Of a DNA stretch of 64,000 nt, positions 13,128 to 26,782 are shown piece by piece. The first letter of the stretch is position 1; each line of letters opens with the position of its first letter. A program made the position numbers and the translations under genes. Source of the stretch: Mobula hypostoma. Taxonomy: Eukaryota. The stretch covers positions 245,646,001 through 245,710,000 of the forward strand of contig NC_086097.1 in the NCBI RefSeq assembly GCF_963921235.1, read 5' to 3'. Under the pieces are notes generated by a model. That model was not told the DNA's origin, made no database searches, and saw nothing but the letters and a program-made list of their open reading frames with translations.

Positions 13128-14364
13128 CATTATCATGGACCATCTCCAATGCCTGCACATCCTTTCTCAGATAAGAGGCCCAAAACTGCAGACAATACTG
13201 CACTCTCTGGTCTGACCAATGCCCTTAAAGCCTCAGCATTTATTAGAAGTTTTTAGAAATCTGTATTGAATTAACTTGTAGGTATCATGTATGATGTCCG
13301 ATGGGGTTGAAGCAGGGTCCCTAATGAAGAGTCAAATATCTTCTGTTACCATATACTACTCTGAGATTCATTTTCTTGCGGGCATTTGCAGTAAATAAAA
13401 AGAAACACTATAGAATCAATGACAAACCTCACAAGACAGAGACAGACAACAACCAATGTGCAAAAGGCAACAAATTGTGCGAATACAAAAAGGAAAAAGA
13501 TAATATTAATAAATAAGCAATAAATGTGGAGAACAGGAATTGAAGAATCCTTGAAAATGTGTCCATTGGTTGTGGAATCAGTCCACTGTTGAGGTGAGTG
13601 AATGATTCCCTCTGGTTCAGGAGACTGATGGTTGAGGGTAATAACTGCTACTCAGCATGATGGTGTGAGTCCTGAGGCTCCTGTACTTCCTTCCTGATGG
13701 CACTGGTGAGAAGATGGTGGGGGTCCATGATGATGATTGCTGCTCTCCTATGACAACACTCCATGTAAATGTGCTCAGTGGTGGGGAGGGCTTTACCTGT
13801 GACGGACTGAGCGTAGGTAAAGCCCTCCCCCCACCGCTGAACACATTTTTGCCGCTAGTTCAAACCCAGCAATGTAGTTTTGGAAAAGAAACTACTAAAC
13901 CACCTTGCTGCATGCTGTGTTGTGTGTATTGTACTTGCCAGCAGCTCCTTAATAAGAGAGGTAGTACACTGCAGGTTTTTATTGTTTTATTGTCAAAGTC
14001 TTAGTTTTTACTGCGCTGGCAGACTTCTCTGCAACTTCCACCGTTGTTCATTAAAGTTATGTGGTCGGACCAACCCTTTCCACCTTCCTGTGGGAAAGTG
14101 TGCCCAGACCTGTAGAACAAAGTAAGAAATTGTGCCGTTTTCAAGGTGCAAAACATCATCTATTGATAGTTTCCTCTGTCAAATATGTAAATACCTGGCC
14201 TTTATTGGATACAGGAACACGTCAGTAAGTATAAATTATTTCTATAAATGTGTGTTCGTTTGTTATGTGCCATGTCGTATGACGTGGGCAATCATGGTGT
14301 TTCCATGACCATGATAATTCTCAGCAAATCTTTCTCCAGAAGTGGTTTGCCACTGCTATTCAGA

Positions 14365-14792
14365 TGACTTATTGCCTGATACACTGCTGACGTTTAGGGC
14401 AGCAATGAAGGTCCTCCATCTCTGTCATATAGAAGGAATTTTCATTGCTCTTTCCATAATAGTTGTTTTTTGACTAGTCAGGGTTGTTAGCCCTGCGCTG
14501 AACCCCCACTCCCAAACCTGGACCACTGTAACACATGCTGGAGGAACTCAGCAGATAGGGCAGCATCTTTGAAAAAGGGTAAACAGTTGACGTTTTGGGC
14601 TGAAGACCCTTCATCAGGACTGGGAAGGAAGAGGAGAAGTCAGAGAACCTGGGCCACTCTTAATCTGGCCTTTACCCTTTGACCTGTTTGGCAGGGCTGA
14701 CCCTGCCAGGAGCCAAAGCATGAAGCCAGCATAGCTCTCCGGGTCGTTGAGGCACTCAAGCCTTCAAACCCACCAACAAGGTTGTGGTCCTC
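14365..14792 (-). mobile_element. RTE-related non-autonomous element, interrupted by a Penelope-like terminus (about 14530-14647)
   Basis: Minus strand ends in an RTE-like 3' end (gacagagatggaggaccttcattgctgcccta, 'RWRTFIAAL'), joined to a non-coding segment resembling an RTE 5' UTR. Confidence 0.5.
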
Positions 14793-15286
14793 GTACAGGA
14801 TCATGCAGATTAGTACTGGATTAAAAGCATTTTGAGACGCAACACGATTGTGGCAGGCACTACATCAATACAGGTTTTCTCTTTTGCTTCACCACTCATG
14901 GAGGTTAGGGAAATTGGCAGGTGACCAAGAAAAGTCTTGTATAGAACTAACCAAAGAAGACAACTTGATTTAAAATTTTTTTAAAAACATGGTAAATTGA
15001 AATCTCTTGTGTCTCCTTAAGAAAGCACTTGGGTTGCCCAGAGGCCTACTTTTGAGCAACACGATTTAAAAATTCTTCCAGGGGGTTTCTGGCTGCAGTC
15101 TTTAGCTGACAGCACCTCATCAGTGAAAGTTTTGTCTCAATACAGGCAGCTGCCTGAACTCACTGGCTGACAAAGCTGTCACTAAATGTAAAATTAGAAT
15201 CAAACTCCGGTTTGTTTTCATATATCATAAAATTTTGTTGCTTTGCAGCAGCAATACATTAAAAATTGCTGTAAGTTACAATGAAT

Positions 15287-15848
15287 TGATGAGGCCAAAT
15301 TTGGAGTATTGTGTACAGTTTTGGGCACTGAGTTATAGGAAAGGTGTCAACAAAATTGAGAGAGTACAGAGAAGATTTACTAGAATGTTACCTGGGTTTC
15401 ATCACCTAAGTTACAGAGAAAGGTTGAACAAGTTGGGTCTTTATTCTTTGGAATGTAGAAGGTTGAGGGGGGACTTGATAGAGATGTTTAAAATTATGAG
15501 GGGGATTGATAGAGTTGATGCAGATAGGCTTTTTCCATTGAGAGTGGGGGAGATTCAAACAAGAGGACATGAGTTGAGAGTTAAAGGGCAAAAGTTTAGG
15601 GGTAACATGAGGGGGAACTTCTTTACTCAGAGAGTGGTAGCTGTGTGAAATGAGCTTCCAGCGGAAGTGGTTGAGGCAGGTTCGATGTTGTCATTTAAAG
15701 TTAAATTGGACAGCTATATGGACAGGAAAGGAATGGAGGGTTATGGGCTGAGTGCAGGTTGGTGGGACTAGGTGAGAGTAAGCGTTCGGCACGGGCTAGA
15801 AAGGCCGAGATGGCTTGTTTCTGTGCTGTAATTGTTATATGGTTACAT
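15287..15848 (+). mobile_element. CR1 3' fragment
   Basis: RPNLEYCVQFW..RRLRGDLIE..NFFTQRVV followed by a CR1-type 3' UTR. Confidence 0.9.
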
Positions 15849-15856
15849 GAATAATT

Positions 15857-16682
15857 TAGTGGATTCTGTTTAATTGGACCAACGGCTAATCGGGCCAGCT
15901 ACTTATTTGAGACAACAAAAACTAATTGAGAAAATAATTGGAATTTGCTTTGTTTATTTGGGACACTATGTTGCTTAATTAGGACAGGAAACTGTTGCCG
16001 AACAGTTTCTAATTAGCGTCAATCACGTGCTTGTATGGCCATTAGACACTACACCAGACTCAAAACAAAGTTTTAAGTAGCATCAATTGCCTGTGTTTGT
16101 GTTCAAAAAGCAGTGATTTTTGTCACCGATGGTTGGTGAGAAATAAGCAGTAAGACAATTCAGAATTGTTTTGCTCAGTGCAGTTCCAAGCATTCAGGCT
16201 TGGAGATGCCAGAAATGGCCGGGAATGAAAATGAAATGATTTCACTACTTCAACAAGTTAGAAACTATGAAGAATTTGAAGGTATCAACAATCATCTTGA
16301 ATGTTACAATGAAAATGAACATTGCGAGGATAAAACTATCAAAAGCATTGTACGATGGCAGTCCATTATCTGCTTTAGGTGTCCGCTGATTTTGTTAATT
16401 TACAGTCAATCAAAAGAACACAGCAGTGTACACTGAACGAATAGTCCATCGATAACTATTAGAAAACCAATACACAGTTTTATAGTACCGTGATAGTATT
16501 GGTAATATTCTATATTGTTCTGTATTTCATTTATATACACAATTGGTTACTCAGTTATATAGTAATTCATATTATTTTATACCTTTTTACCTATTTCCAT
16601 GAAACTTCGGCTAATTTGGGCAACTGCTTAATTGGGAAAAATGTATTGGTCCTGATGTGTCTTAATTAACCAGAATCCACTG
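15857..16682 (+). mobile_element. Tigger/pogo-like non-autonomous DNA transposon
   Basis: Terminal inverted repeats (agtggattctgtttaatt ... aattaaccagaatccactg) with TA after the right end. Internal remnant 'W*EISSKTIQNCF' resembles a pogo transposase C-terminus. Confidence 0.75.
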
Positions 16683-19170
16683 TATGTATAAAATTGCTTT
16701 GTACAAAAAAGGGGCAAATAGTGAGGGAGTATCCATGGATTCAAGCAGGTGAAGTGGCATCTATGGAAGGGTAAACATTCTATTTGTGAGTTCCATCATC
16801 AGAAATGGGAACCAAATGATTAAGAATCGGAATCAGACTAATTATCACTGATGTGACATGAAATTAGTTGTTTTCTGGCAATAGTACAGTGCAATACATA
16901 AAACTTACAAGAAGTTACAAAAAATAGACCATTCAAAAATCTAATGATGGGTGGGGTGGGGTGGGGGGGGAAGAAGTTGTTCCTAAAACGTTGAGTCTGG
17001 GTCTTCCGGCTCCTCCACCTCCTTCCAGATGTTGGGTGGTAGGGGTCTTTAATGATGGATGTTGCCTTCCTAAGGCACTACCTTTTGAAGATGCCCTTGT
17101 TGCTGTGGAGCCGAGTGCTCATGATGGATGTGGGTGGGTCTACTATCCTCCACATCAGATAGTGATGCCACCAGTCAGAACACTTTCATGGTACATCTGT
17201 AGAAATTAGAACATAGAACAGTACAGCACATTTACAGGCCCTTTGGTCCGTGGTTCTGTGCCAACCTTTAAATCATTGATGTGTAAGTTGTTAATGTACA
17301 TTGAAAGCTTCCCAACACTCATGGTATATCAATTGTTACAGAGCCTGATAAGAAAAGTAGATGCACAGCTGCCACTTTTATTATCAAATGAATTTTGTGT
17401 CCAAAATGCTAAACGTCAGGGCCAGCCTACCAAGTGAGACCACGTCCAAGTCCTTACCAACGTCCATGTAGATGACATCTATCACAACCCCTTATCAACT
17501 AGGTCAACAAGAGTTTCCAGGAACAAAGCCATGTTGGCTATTCTTAATCATCCCCTCTCTTTCCAATTGAAAATTAATCCTGCCCCTTCAAATATTTTCC
17601 AAAAGGTCTCTCTAGTTATCTTCTCAAGAGCTTTACAGTGCCAGCGATCTCTGATTTGTGTTCAATTCCTGTTGCTGCCTGCAAAGAGTGTGTATGTTTT
17701 CCTCCCTCATCACCCTGTCACGGTAGAAGAAGGGTGAGGCAGTCATCCCTGCATTCCACTGAACTCTGACCCCGACCCTGACCCCCACTCAGATCCTTGA
17801 CTCCGATTAGCCAGAGTGGTGAACCTGTGGAATTCATTGCGAGAGGCAGCTGTGGAGGCCAGGTCACTGGATGTATTTAAGGTGGAGATTGAAAGGTTAC
17901 GGAAAGAAGGCAGGGAATGGGATTAAGGGGGAAACGGATCAGCCATGATGGAATGGCAGAGCAGACCCAATGGGCCAAATGGCCTAATTCTGCTCCTATG
18001 TCTTATGGTCTTATACTCAACTCGAGTGATTGTAAGTGTGGTTGTAGCATTCCTCCCATATTCCAACATTGTACGGTTTAGGGTTCGGGGGTATTGGGCA
18101 TGTTACGTTGGCACCGGAAATGTGGCAACACTTGCAGGCTGCCCCCGGCACGTCCTTGGACTGTGTTGGTTGCTGACGCAGAACAATGCATTTCACTGTA
18201 TGTTTCGATTGTTTTGATGTTCATGTGACAAATGAAGCTGGTCCTTTATTCTTTATAAGCATGAGAAGTCAACATCAATCCTGCCAACGATCCCCAAGTC
18301 CTGTAAAATGAATGAAAAATATTTCAGCATTCATGCCTATTACCAAATAATTTGACCTGATAAAATTAATAATCACATTAAAAATTAAAATGACCAAAAT
18401 TAAAAACACACGTTTGCAAAGGCACCCATTTATATTTTTATTTAGAGTTCACAACAGTAAGAGGCCCTTCAGGCCCAATGAGCTCATGACAGCCGATTAC
18501 TCCCATGTGACTGATTAACCTCCTAACCTGCAGGTCTTTGGAATGTGGGAGGAAACCAGAGTATCCGGAGGAAAGCCACACGGTCACAGGGAGAAGGTAC
18601 AAGCTCTTTACAGACAGCTCCGGGAATTGAACCAGGGTTGCTGGCACTGTAATAGCATGATCCTAATCGTGACACTACCGGGCTGCTCAAGTCTCCCTGC
18701 CATTTCTCCCACGGAAGTGCTGTGTTTGCGCTTACGCTGACACAGGCTAAATGGACTGAATTCCTAGCCTGCAGACTGTAACGTCCCTGATTCTGAGCTG
18801 TGCATGTGGCAGAGCGGATAATGTCGGTTTAAGCTCTCCCAGCGCAGGAAACTAGAATTTATACAACATAGGGGTAGCTCCTTGTGTTTGTGATGTCATC
18901 ACAACAGAAGATTCAGCCCCTAATTTAAACATCGTTAAGCATGGAGCCTAGCATACCTAGCAATTCACAAGAACCCAGTGGTAATCTTGATTTAGGGAAA
19001 TTACCGATTAAAAACAGAAACATCCCTAATTGCTGTCATATGTCTATAGAGCAGTTCAGTGGTTGCAGCAGTCACCACAGAAAGCTTCAGGTCAACGACC
19101 TTTCCTAAGACCAGACTGATGATTGGTCATGGACTGAATAGTTCATTCTCTTTTTCCATCCACAGATTCT

Positions 19171-19620
19171 AGAAACATAGAAACATAGAAAACCTACAGC
19201 ACAATACAGGCCCTTTGGCCCACAAGGCTGTGCCAAACATGCCCTTACTTTAGAAATTACCTCGGGTTACCCATAGCCCTCTATTTTTCTAAGCTCCAAG
19301 TACCTAGTCAAGAGTCTCTTAAAAGACGCTATTGTATCTGCTTCCACCACCATCGCCGGCAGCCCATTCCACACACTCACCACTCTCTGCGTAAAAGAAC
19401 TTATCCCTGACATCTCCTCTGTATATACTTCCAAGCACCTTAAAACTGTGCCCTCTTGTGTTAGCCATTTCAGCCCTGGGAAAAACCTCTGACTATCCAC
19501 ACGATCAATGCCTCTCATCATCTTATACACCTCTATCAGGTCACCCCTCATCTTCCGTCGCTCAAGGAGAAAAGGCCAAGTTCACTGAACCTATTCTCGT
19601 CAGGCATGCTCCCCAATCCA
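19171..19620 (-). mobile_element. CR1 3' fragment with (TTTCTATG)n tail
   Basis: ORF 19267-19551 MRGDLIEVYKMMRG..FTQRVVSVWN. Confidence 0.9.
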
Positions 19621-20497
19621 GATTCTGATGAATATTCTCCTCATATTATAGATCAATTGCATGTCCAGTAGTTTATGGTCATAAAATCTATCTATGTATA
19701 TATGCTGCATCTGTATTTGTATTTATTGTGTTTTTTAAATTATTGTTTTCTTTATCTTACTGTGGCTTTTTTGTGTTGCATTAGATCCAGAGTAACAATT
19801 ATTTTGTTCTTCTGTACAGTTGTGTACTGGAAATGACTAAACAATCTTGAATGTGGGTTTTCAGTGTGCCACTTGCATCTGTTACTACCTCAGAACCGTC
19901 AGGATCCTGCACTATCGTGAATAACTTCACTCACCACTACTCTGAACTGATTCCACAACATACACAGTCACTTTTAAGGACCGTTATACTCATGTTCTCA
20001 GTATTAATTTTCAATTGCACAGTTTGTCTTCTTTTGCACTTTGGTTGCTTGTCAATCTTAGTATATGTATAGTTTTTCAATAAATTCTTTATTTTCCTGT
20101 GAATGCCTCAATGTAGTATATGGTGGCAGTGCTCCATGTGCTCATTGATGGGGAGGGCTTTGCCTGTGACAGACAAGTCTGTTTCTGCCCCGTTCTGTAG
20201 TTTTTTCTGTTCCTGGACATTGGTGTTTCCCTACCAGGCCACGATGCAAGCAGTTAGGAGGCACTCCACTGTGCGTCTATAGTGGGGAGGGCTTTTCCTG
20301 TGGTAGATCACCACTGCACAGCAAACAATAAGGGTCGAGCCCTGAACTCTGTGGTACACTGCTGGTTGCAGACTTCTACCATCCACCAATCCCTTGCCTT
20401 CCGAACACCATGCCAATTTTGGATCCAGTTGGCTAATTTGCCCTGGATCCCGTGACCTCCAATCTTTCATATCAGTCCCTATGTGGGGATCTCACCA

Positions 20498-20800
20498 AAG
20501 GTGTCGCACCTGCTTAGCCTCTCCGAACAGGGTCATATGAAGCCTTGGGGGCAGGTGGTGGATGGTCATATGAGCCGCTGGTGCATATCACAAGCCCTGG
20601 TTATGCAACCACTGACACCAGGCAGACAATCTCTGAAGAGTATTGATAACGGCTGGAGTCACCCGTCTTGTAAAGACACTGCCCAGAAGAACGCAATGGC
20701 AAAACACTTAAGTAGAAAAATTTGTTGAGAACTATTATGGTCATGAGACCATGATCACCTACCTCATACAACACAGCATATAGTGGTGATGATGGTGGTA
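20498..20800 (+). mobile_element. RTE/BovB-related short element, truncated copy
   Basis: Same family as 35769-36160. Bov-A-like agaacgcaatggcaaaacac motif and (GAT/GGT)n tail. Confidence 0.65.
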
Positions 20801-21109
20801 ATCTGTGCACCAAACTGACCTGATGAGCCCCTCCATCTTTTCGTGTGTGTGTGACCCTCATCAATACACTTTGTTGCCTCAGAAACATTCAATCAAATTG
20901 ATTACACAGTATTTCACCCTGTCAAAGCTATGCTGCTTCTTTGATTAATCCTTTCTCACTGGTATAAATTAATCCTGTTCTGCTGATTTTTCTTCTTCAA
21001 GTAACTTACAATTTCACCACCAATGCCCTTCTCTTAAATGAATATAGATGAGAACTTACTCAAGACCTAATTCACATTACTTAGGCAACCGATGTTTTTA
21101 TAAATATGG

Positions 21110-21449
21110 TTTCAGATGGTATGGCCTCTGCAGAGACCTGATATCTGTGATTACCAGGAGAGACAGAAGCAGGCGAGACAGCCGAAGTTTGTAGAAGAAC
21201 TGTGGCAAGTTCTCCAAGATGCTTGGAACAACCTACCAGCTGATTTTTTAAAAATATAAAACTGCACAACAATGTACCAAAGAGAATTGTTGCAGTTTTG
21301 AAGGCAAAGGGCAGTTACACCAAATATTGACTTATTTTTTTTACAGTTTACTGCTCTTTATGGTAATTTTTTTTTGATATTTGCTTTTGAAAACATCTTT
21401 TCTTTACAGGTTTTTTGTACATGCACCTAAAGACTTTTGCACAGTACTG
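21110..21449 (+). mobile_element. Tc1-like transposon 3' remnant
   Basis: Translates ELWQVLQDAWNNLPADF..VPKRIVAVLKAKGSYTKY*. Ends in TIR gacttttgcacagtactg followed by TA. Confidence 0.8.
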
Positions 21450-23536
21450 TACATCCACTGGTTTCATGCATATGTTGCCACTTTGATCCCTGATGGGCCT
21501 TGCTCTTTCCCACTTACCCTCTTGCCCTTAAATTTTACTTGAACTTCTTTGCCAGTGATGGTTCATGCCTCCCCTCTTCCCTGCTAATTTTGTTTTTGAT
21601 TACCTTCATACATTTTCTCCACTTCTGTCAGGCCTTTGCTATTTTCCCTATTCCCAGAGTCATAGGGTCAGCACAGAAATGGGCTCTTTAGCCCATCTAG
21701 TCCATACCAAGCTGCTATTAAGACCATAAGACATACGAGCAGAATTAGACAATTGAATATTCTGCTTTGTCCTTTCGACCCATACCTAGACCATTGCCCA
21801 TCAGACCCCGAGTAACCCACACAAAATGCTGGGGAAACTCAGTAGTTCAGGCAGCATCTATGGAAATGTAAACAGCTAATGTTCCAGCATTTTGTGTGTG
21901 AAGTTCTGGATTTCCAGCATCTGCGGAATCTCATGTGTTTCTGATTTGCCCCCCGTACCCCCTCCCATCCACGTACTTATCCAAACGTCTCCTAAATGGT
22001 GAAATTGATCCTGTATCCACCACCTCCACTGGCAGCTCGTTCCACACTTGCATCGCCTACCAAGTGAAGAATTTCCCACTCAGGTTAAGACCATAAGATA
22101 TAGGAGCAGAAGTAGGCCATTCGGCCCATCGAGTCTGCTCCGCCATTTAATCATGGGCTGATCCAATTCTTCCAGTCATCCCCACTCCCCTGCCTTCACC
22201 CCACACTCTTTGTTCTAAATGGACGTCCTTCAATCCTGAAGTCAGGCCCTCGTGTCCTAGAATCACCCTAGAATTTAGGTTCACTCTAAGTATTTCACCT
22301 TTCACCTTTAGTGACCTCTAGATCTCAAGAGGAGTGGAGAATGTGGGTGTCAATCCTGCTACCTCTCGTAGGCTAAGCAACCACTCTACTATTTGAGCTA
22401 ATTCCCCAGCACTCTATTCTGCAATATGTTCCCTTTCTTACCCAAAACCTTAATATCTATTGTTGTCCAGAGTATGTTGAATTTTTAGTCCTTCCCCTTC
22501 ACCCCTGTGTCAACCCCTGGCCCAGACGCTCACTATTTCACTCTTCACCTTTGCTTCACAGATAAAGGCTTGTCTGCAAACTGCCACTCCCAGTTTACTT
22601 TTTACAAAGTCCAAAGTAAATTTATCATCAAAAGTATGTCACCATATACCACCCTGAGATTCATTTTCTTGCATGTGTACACAGGAGAACAAAGAAATAC
22701 AATCGAATCCATTCAGAACTACACACAAAGACTGACAAACAACTGATGTGCAAATCTAAAAAAAACTAATAAGTAGATAAGTAAATAAATAACATTGACA
22801 ACACGAGTTGTGGAGTCCTTGGAAGTGAGTCTGTAGGTTGTGGAATCAGTTCAGTTGTTGAGGCAAGTGATGTTATCCACACTGGTTCAGGAGCCTGATG
22901 GTTGAGGGGTAATAAATGTTCCTTAATCTGGTGTTGTGTGTCCTGCTTATGGTATTAATCTTGCTCTATTTCCAGGGCATTCTTATCCCTTTTCATAAAT
23001 CACTTAAAATGTACAATATTTCTAAAGTGCTGTCCTATTGACACTCCAACCACTGGTCTGGCTGTGTTCCTAAGCTAACGCCCATTACTGCTCTTTCTTC
23101 CGGAGGATGCTACAAGCCTTCCAAGCTGCATTTTAAAAATTTAGCTCCAAAACCTTTCATAGTCTTTAGAAAGTTCTTATACATTGAATATATTTCTAAA
23201 AAAATCTATCAACTAAAATACGTTAAGAAATTTCTCACAAATTATTAGCTGCCCGTCTGCATATTCTGCCATTGGGATCATCCGAGTTCAAAGTAAATTT
23301 ATTATCAAGATAATATATCATATACGACCTTGAGATTCATTTTCTTGCAGGCATTTAGAGAAAAACACAGGAAGTACTATATAATCAATGAAAATCTGCA
23401 CACAAAGATGGCCAAACTAATGTGCAAAAGATGAAAAACTGTAAATTTTAAATCAATAAGTAAATAAATAATATTGAGAACACGAGTTGTAGAGTTCTTG
23501 AACATGATAAAACATTGTTGGTTCGTTTCAGTATTG

Positions 23537-26061
23537 AACATAGAACACAGAATAGTACAGCACAGTACAGGCCCTTCGGCCCACAATGTTGTGCCGACCC
23601 TCAAACCCTGCCTCCCATATAAGCCCCCATCTTAAATTCCTCCATATACCTGTCCAGTAGTCTCTTAAACTTCACTAGTGTATCTGCCTCCACCACTGAC
23701 TCAGGCAGTGCATTCCACGCACCAACCACTCTCTGAGTAAAAAACCTTCCTCTAATATCCCCCTTGAGCTTTCCATTCTTTACCTTAAAGCCATGTCCTC
23801 TTGTATTGAGCAGCGGTGCCCTGGGGAAGAGGCGCTGGCTATCCACTCTATCTATTCCTCTTATTATCTTGTACACCTCTATCATGTCTCCTCTCATCCT
23901 CCTTCTCTCCAAAGAGTAAAGCCCTAGCTCCTTGAGGTGAGTGAAGTTATCCACGCTGGATCGGGGGCCTGATGGTTGTAGAGCAATTATTGTTGCTGAA
24001 CCTTGTAATGTGGTCAATGGTGGGGAGGGCTTTTCCTGTGATGGACTAGGCTGTATCCACCACTTTAGAGCACGCGGTAGAACATAGCACAGGAACATAG
24101 TACAGCACAGGAACAACCTCTACGGCCTACAATAGACCGTAAGACCTAGGAGCAGAATTAGGCCATCTGGCCCATCGAGTCTGTTCCGCCATTCAATCAT
24201 GGCTGAACCTTTTTTTCTATCTCCTCCTCAACCCCAGTTCCCAGCCTTCTACCCGTAACCTTTGATGCCATTTCCAGTCAAGAACCTATCAGTCTCCGCC
24301 TTAAATACACCCAATGACATGGCCTCCACAGCTGCATGTGGCAACAAATTCCACAAATTCACCACCCTTTGGTTAAAGAAGTTTTTCTGTGTCTCTGTTT
24401 TGAAAGGGTATCCCTCTATCCTGAGGCTGTGCCCTCTTGTCCTAGACTCTCCCACCATGGGAAACATCCTTTCCACATCTACTCTGTCTAGGCCTTTCAA
24501 CATTCGAAAAGTTTCAATGAGATCTCTCCTTATCCTTCTGAATTCCAGCAAGTACAGACCCAGAGCCATCAAACGTTCCTTGTATGATAACCCTTTCATT
24601 CCTGGAATCATCCTTGTGAACCTCCTCTGGACCCTCTCCAATGCCAGCACATCTTTTCTAAGATGAGGGGCTCAAAACTGTTCACAATTCTCAAGGTGAG
24701 AATTCACCAGTGCCTTATAAAGCCTCAGCATCACATCCTTGCTCTTGTATTCTAGACTTCTTGAAATGAATGCTGATATGGCATTTACCTTCCTCACCGC
24801 TGACTCGAACTTCAAGTTAACCTTCAGGGTGTTCTGCACAAGGACTCTCAAGTCCCTCTGCATCTCAGATTTTTGGATTTTCTCTCTGTTTAGAAAATAG
24901 TCCACACATTTATTTCTACTACCAAAGTGCCAACATTGTTTTTCATTTGCCACTTTCTTGCCCATTCTTCTAATCTGTCTAAGTCCTTCTGCATCCTACC
25001 TGTTTCCTCAACACTATTTGCCCCTCCACCAACCTTTGTATCATCTGCAAACTTGGCAACAAAGCCATCTATTCCATCATGTAAATCATTTCTATACAGC
25101 ATAGAAAGAAGTGGTCCCAACACCGACTCCTGCGGATCACCACTAGTCACTGGCAGCCAACCAGAAAAGCATCCTTTTATTCCCACTCGATGCCTCCTAC
25201 CAATCAGCCAATGCTCTAACCATGTTAATAACTTTAACAATTGCTCTAACAAAGTTGTGCCAAGCCAATTAAATTAGTAATCAAATAGCCAACTAAATTA
25301 ATCTTTTCTGCCTACACAATGTCTATATCCTTCCATTTTGCTCACATTCATGTGCCTATCCAAACGTCTTTTAAAAGTCACTAATGTATGTGTCTCTACT
25401 GCCACCTCAGGCAGCGCATTCCAGCACCCACCACTCTCTGTGGAAAAAACTTGTCCCCCATATCTCCTTTGAAATTACCCCTTTCACCTTTAATGCATGC
25501 CCTCTGGTATTAGGCATTTCAACCCTGCGAAAAAAAATACCGTCCATCTACTCCATCTATACCTCCCATAATTTTATAAACCTCTGTCAGATCTCTCCTT
25601 AGCCTCTGCTGCCTCAGAGAAAACAACCCAAGTTTGTCCAACCTCTTGTTATAGCAAATTCCTTCTAATCTAGGCAACTTTCTATAGACTTTTCCATTAC
25701 TGTATATTGGTGTTTTTGTCCCAGGCCATAAGATATAGGAGCAGAAGAAGGCCATTTGGCCCATCAAGTCTGCTCTGCCATTCAATCATGGGCTGATCCA
25801 ATTCTTCCAGTCATTCCCACTACCCTGCCTTTACCCCATACTCTTTGATGCCCTGGCTAATCAAGAACCTATCTATCTGTGCCTTAAATACACCCAATGA
25901 CTTGGCCTCCACAGCCGCTCGTGGCAACAAATTCCACAGATTTAGCACCCTCTGACTAAAGTAATTTCTTTGCATCTCAGTTCTAAAAGGATGTCCTTCA
26001 ATCCTGAAATTGTGCCCTCTTGTCCTAGACTCCCCGACCATGGGAAATAACTTTGCCATAA
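23537..26061 (-). mobile_element. Cluster of at least four CR1 3' fragments (23537-23933, 24134-25235, about 25270-25680, 25724-26061)
   Basis: ORFs 23601-24116, 24249-24650, 24672-24965, 24890-25252 (FADD), 25519-25785 and 25820-26059. Confidence 0.88.
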
Positions 26062-26608
26062 TGTAACCAGTCAGTATATTTTACATTGAGCACCTATAGA
26101 CATTTGTCAAAGTTTTAGTTGACATGGCAAATCTGTGCAAGCTTCTAAGAAAGTAGAGACGCTGTTGTGCCTTCTTTGAGATGACATTTATGCTCTACTT
26201 ATTCAGCAAAAGTCTACAAATTTTTCTCTGTGAGTAAAAATATGGTAGTTTAGACCATAAAGACTATAAGACATAGGAGCAGAATTAAGCCATTGAGTCT
26301 GCTCCACCAATCCACCATGGTTGGAGTTATGAGGGATTTATTGTCCCTCTTGACCCCATTCTCCTGCCTTTTCCCATAACTTTTGACGCCAATCAAGAAC
26401 GTTCTTCACAGATGGTGGGTTCTCAATTTTTGGAACTTGCCAAGTGGCCTGCGCTTCCGTATCTCCAGCAGCAGCTCAGAAGACATGAGCCTTTGGAGTG
26501 CGCCCCTGTGGAAGACTGATTCCTTGCTGGTGTCGCTGATTGAAGTGTCATGGGAGATGAAAACATCAAGACAGCGGGCATGGCTATTGGAGGCCTCTGC
26601 ACTAGAGC

Positions 26609-26652
<44 letters not shown>

Positions 26653-26782
26653 CCTCCCCCTCTCTCTCTCTCTCCCTCTCTCTCCCTCTCTCTCTCCCTT
26701 TCTCCCTCTCCCTACCTCTCTGGCTCTCTACCTCTCTCTCTACCTATCTCTCTATCTCTCTCTCCCTCTCTCTCTTGCTCTC
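26609..26782. repeat. (CT)n microsatellite / polypyrimidine tract
   Basis: Read directly from sequence. Confidence 0.95.
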
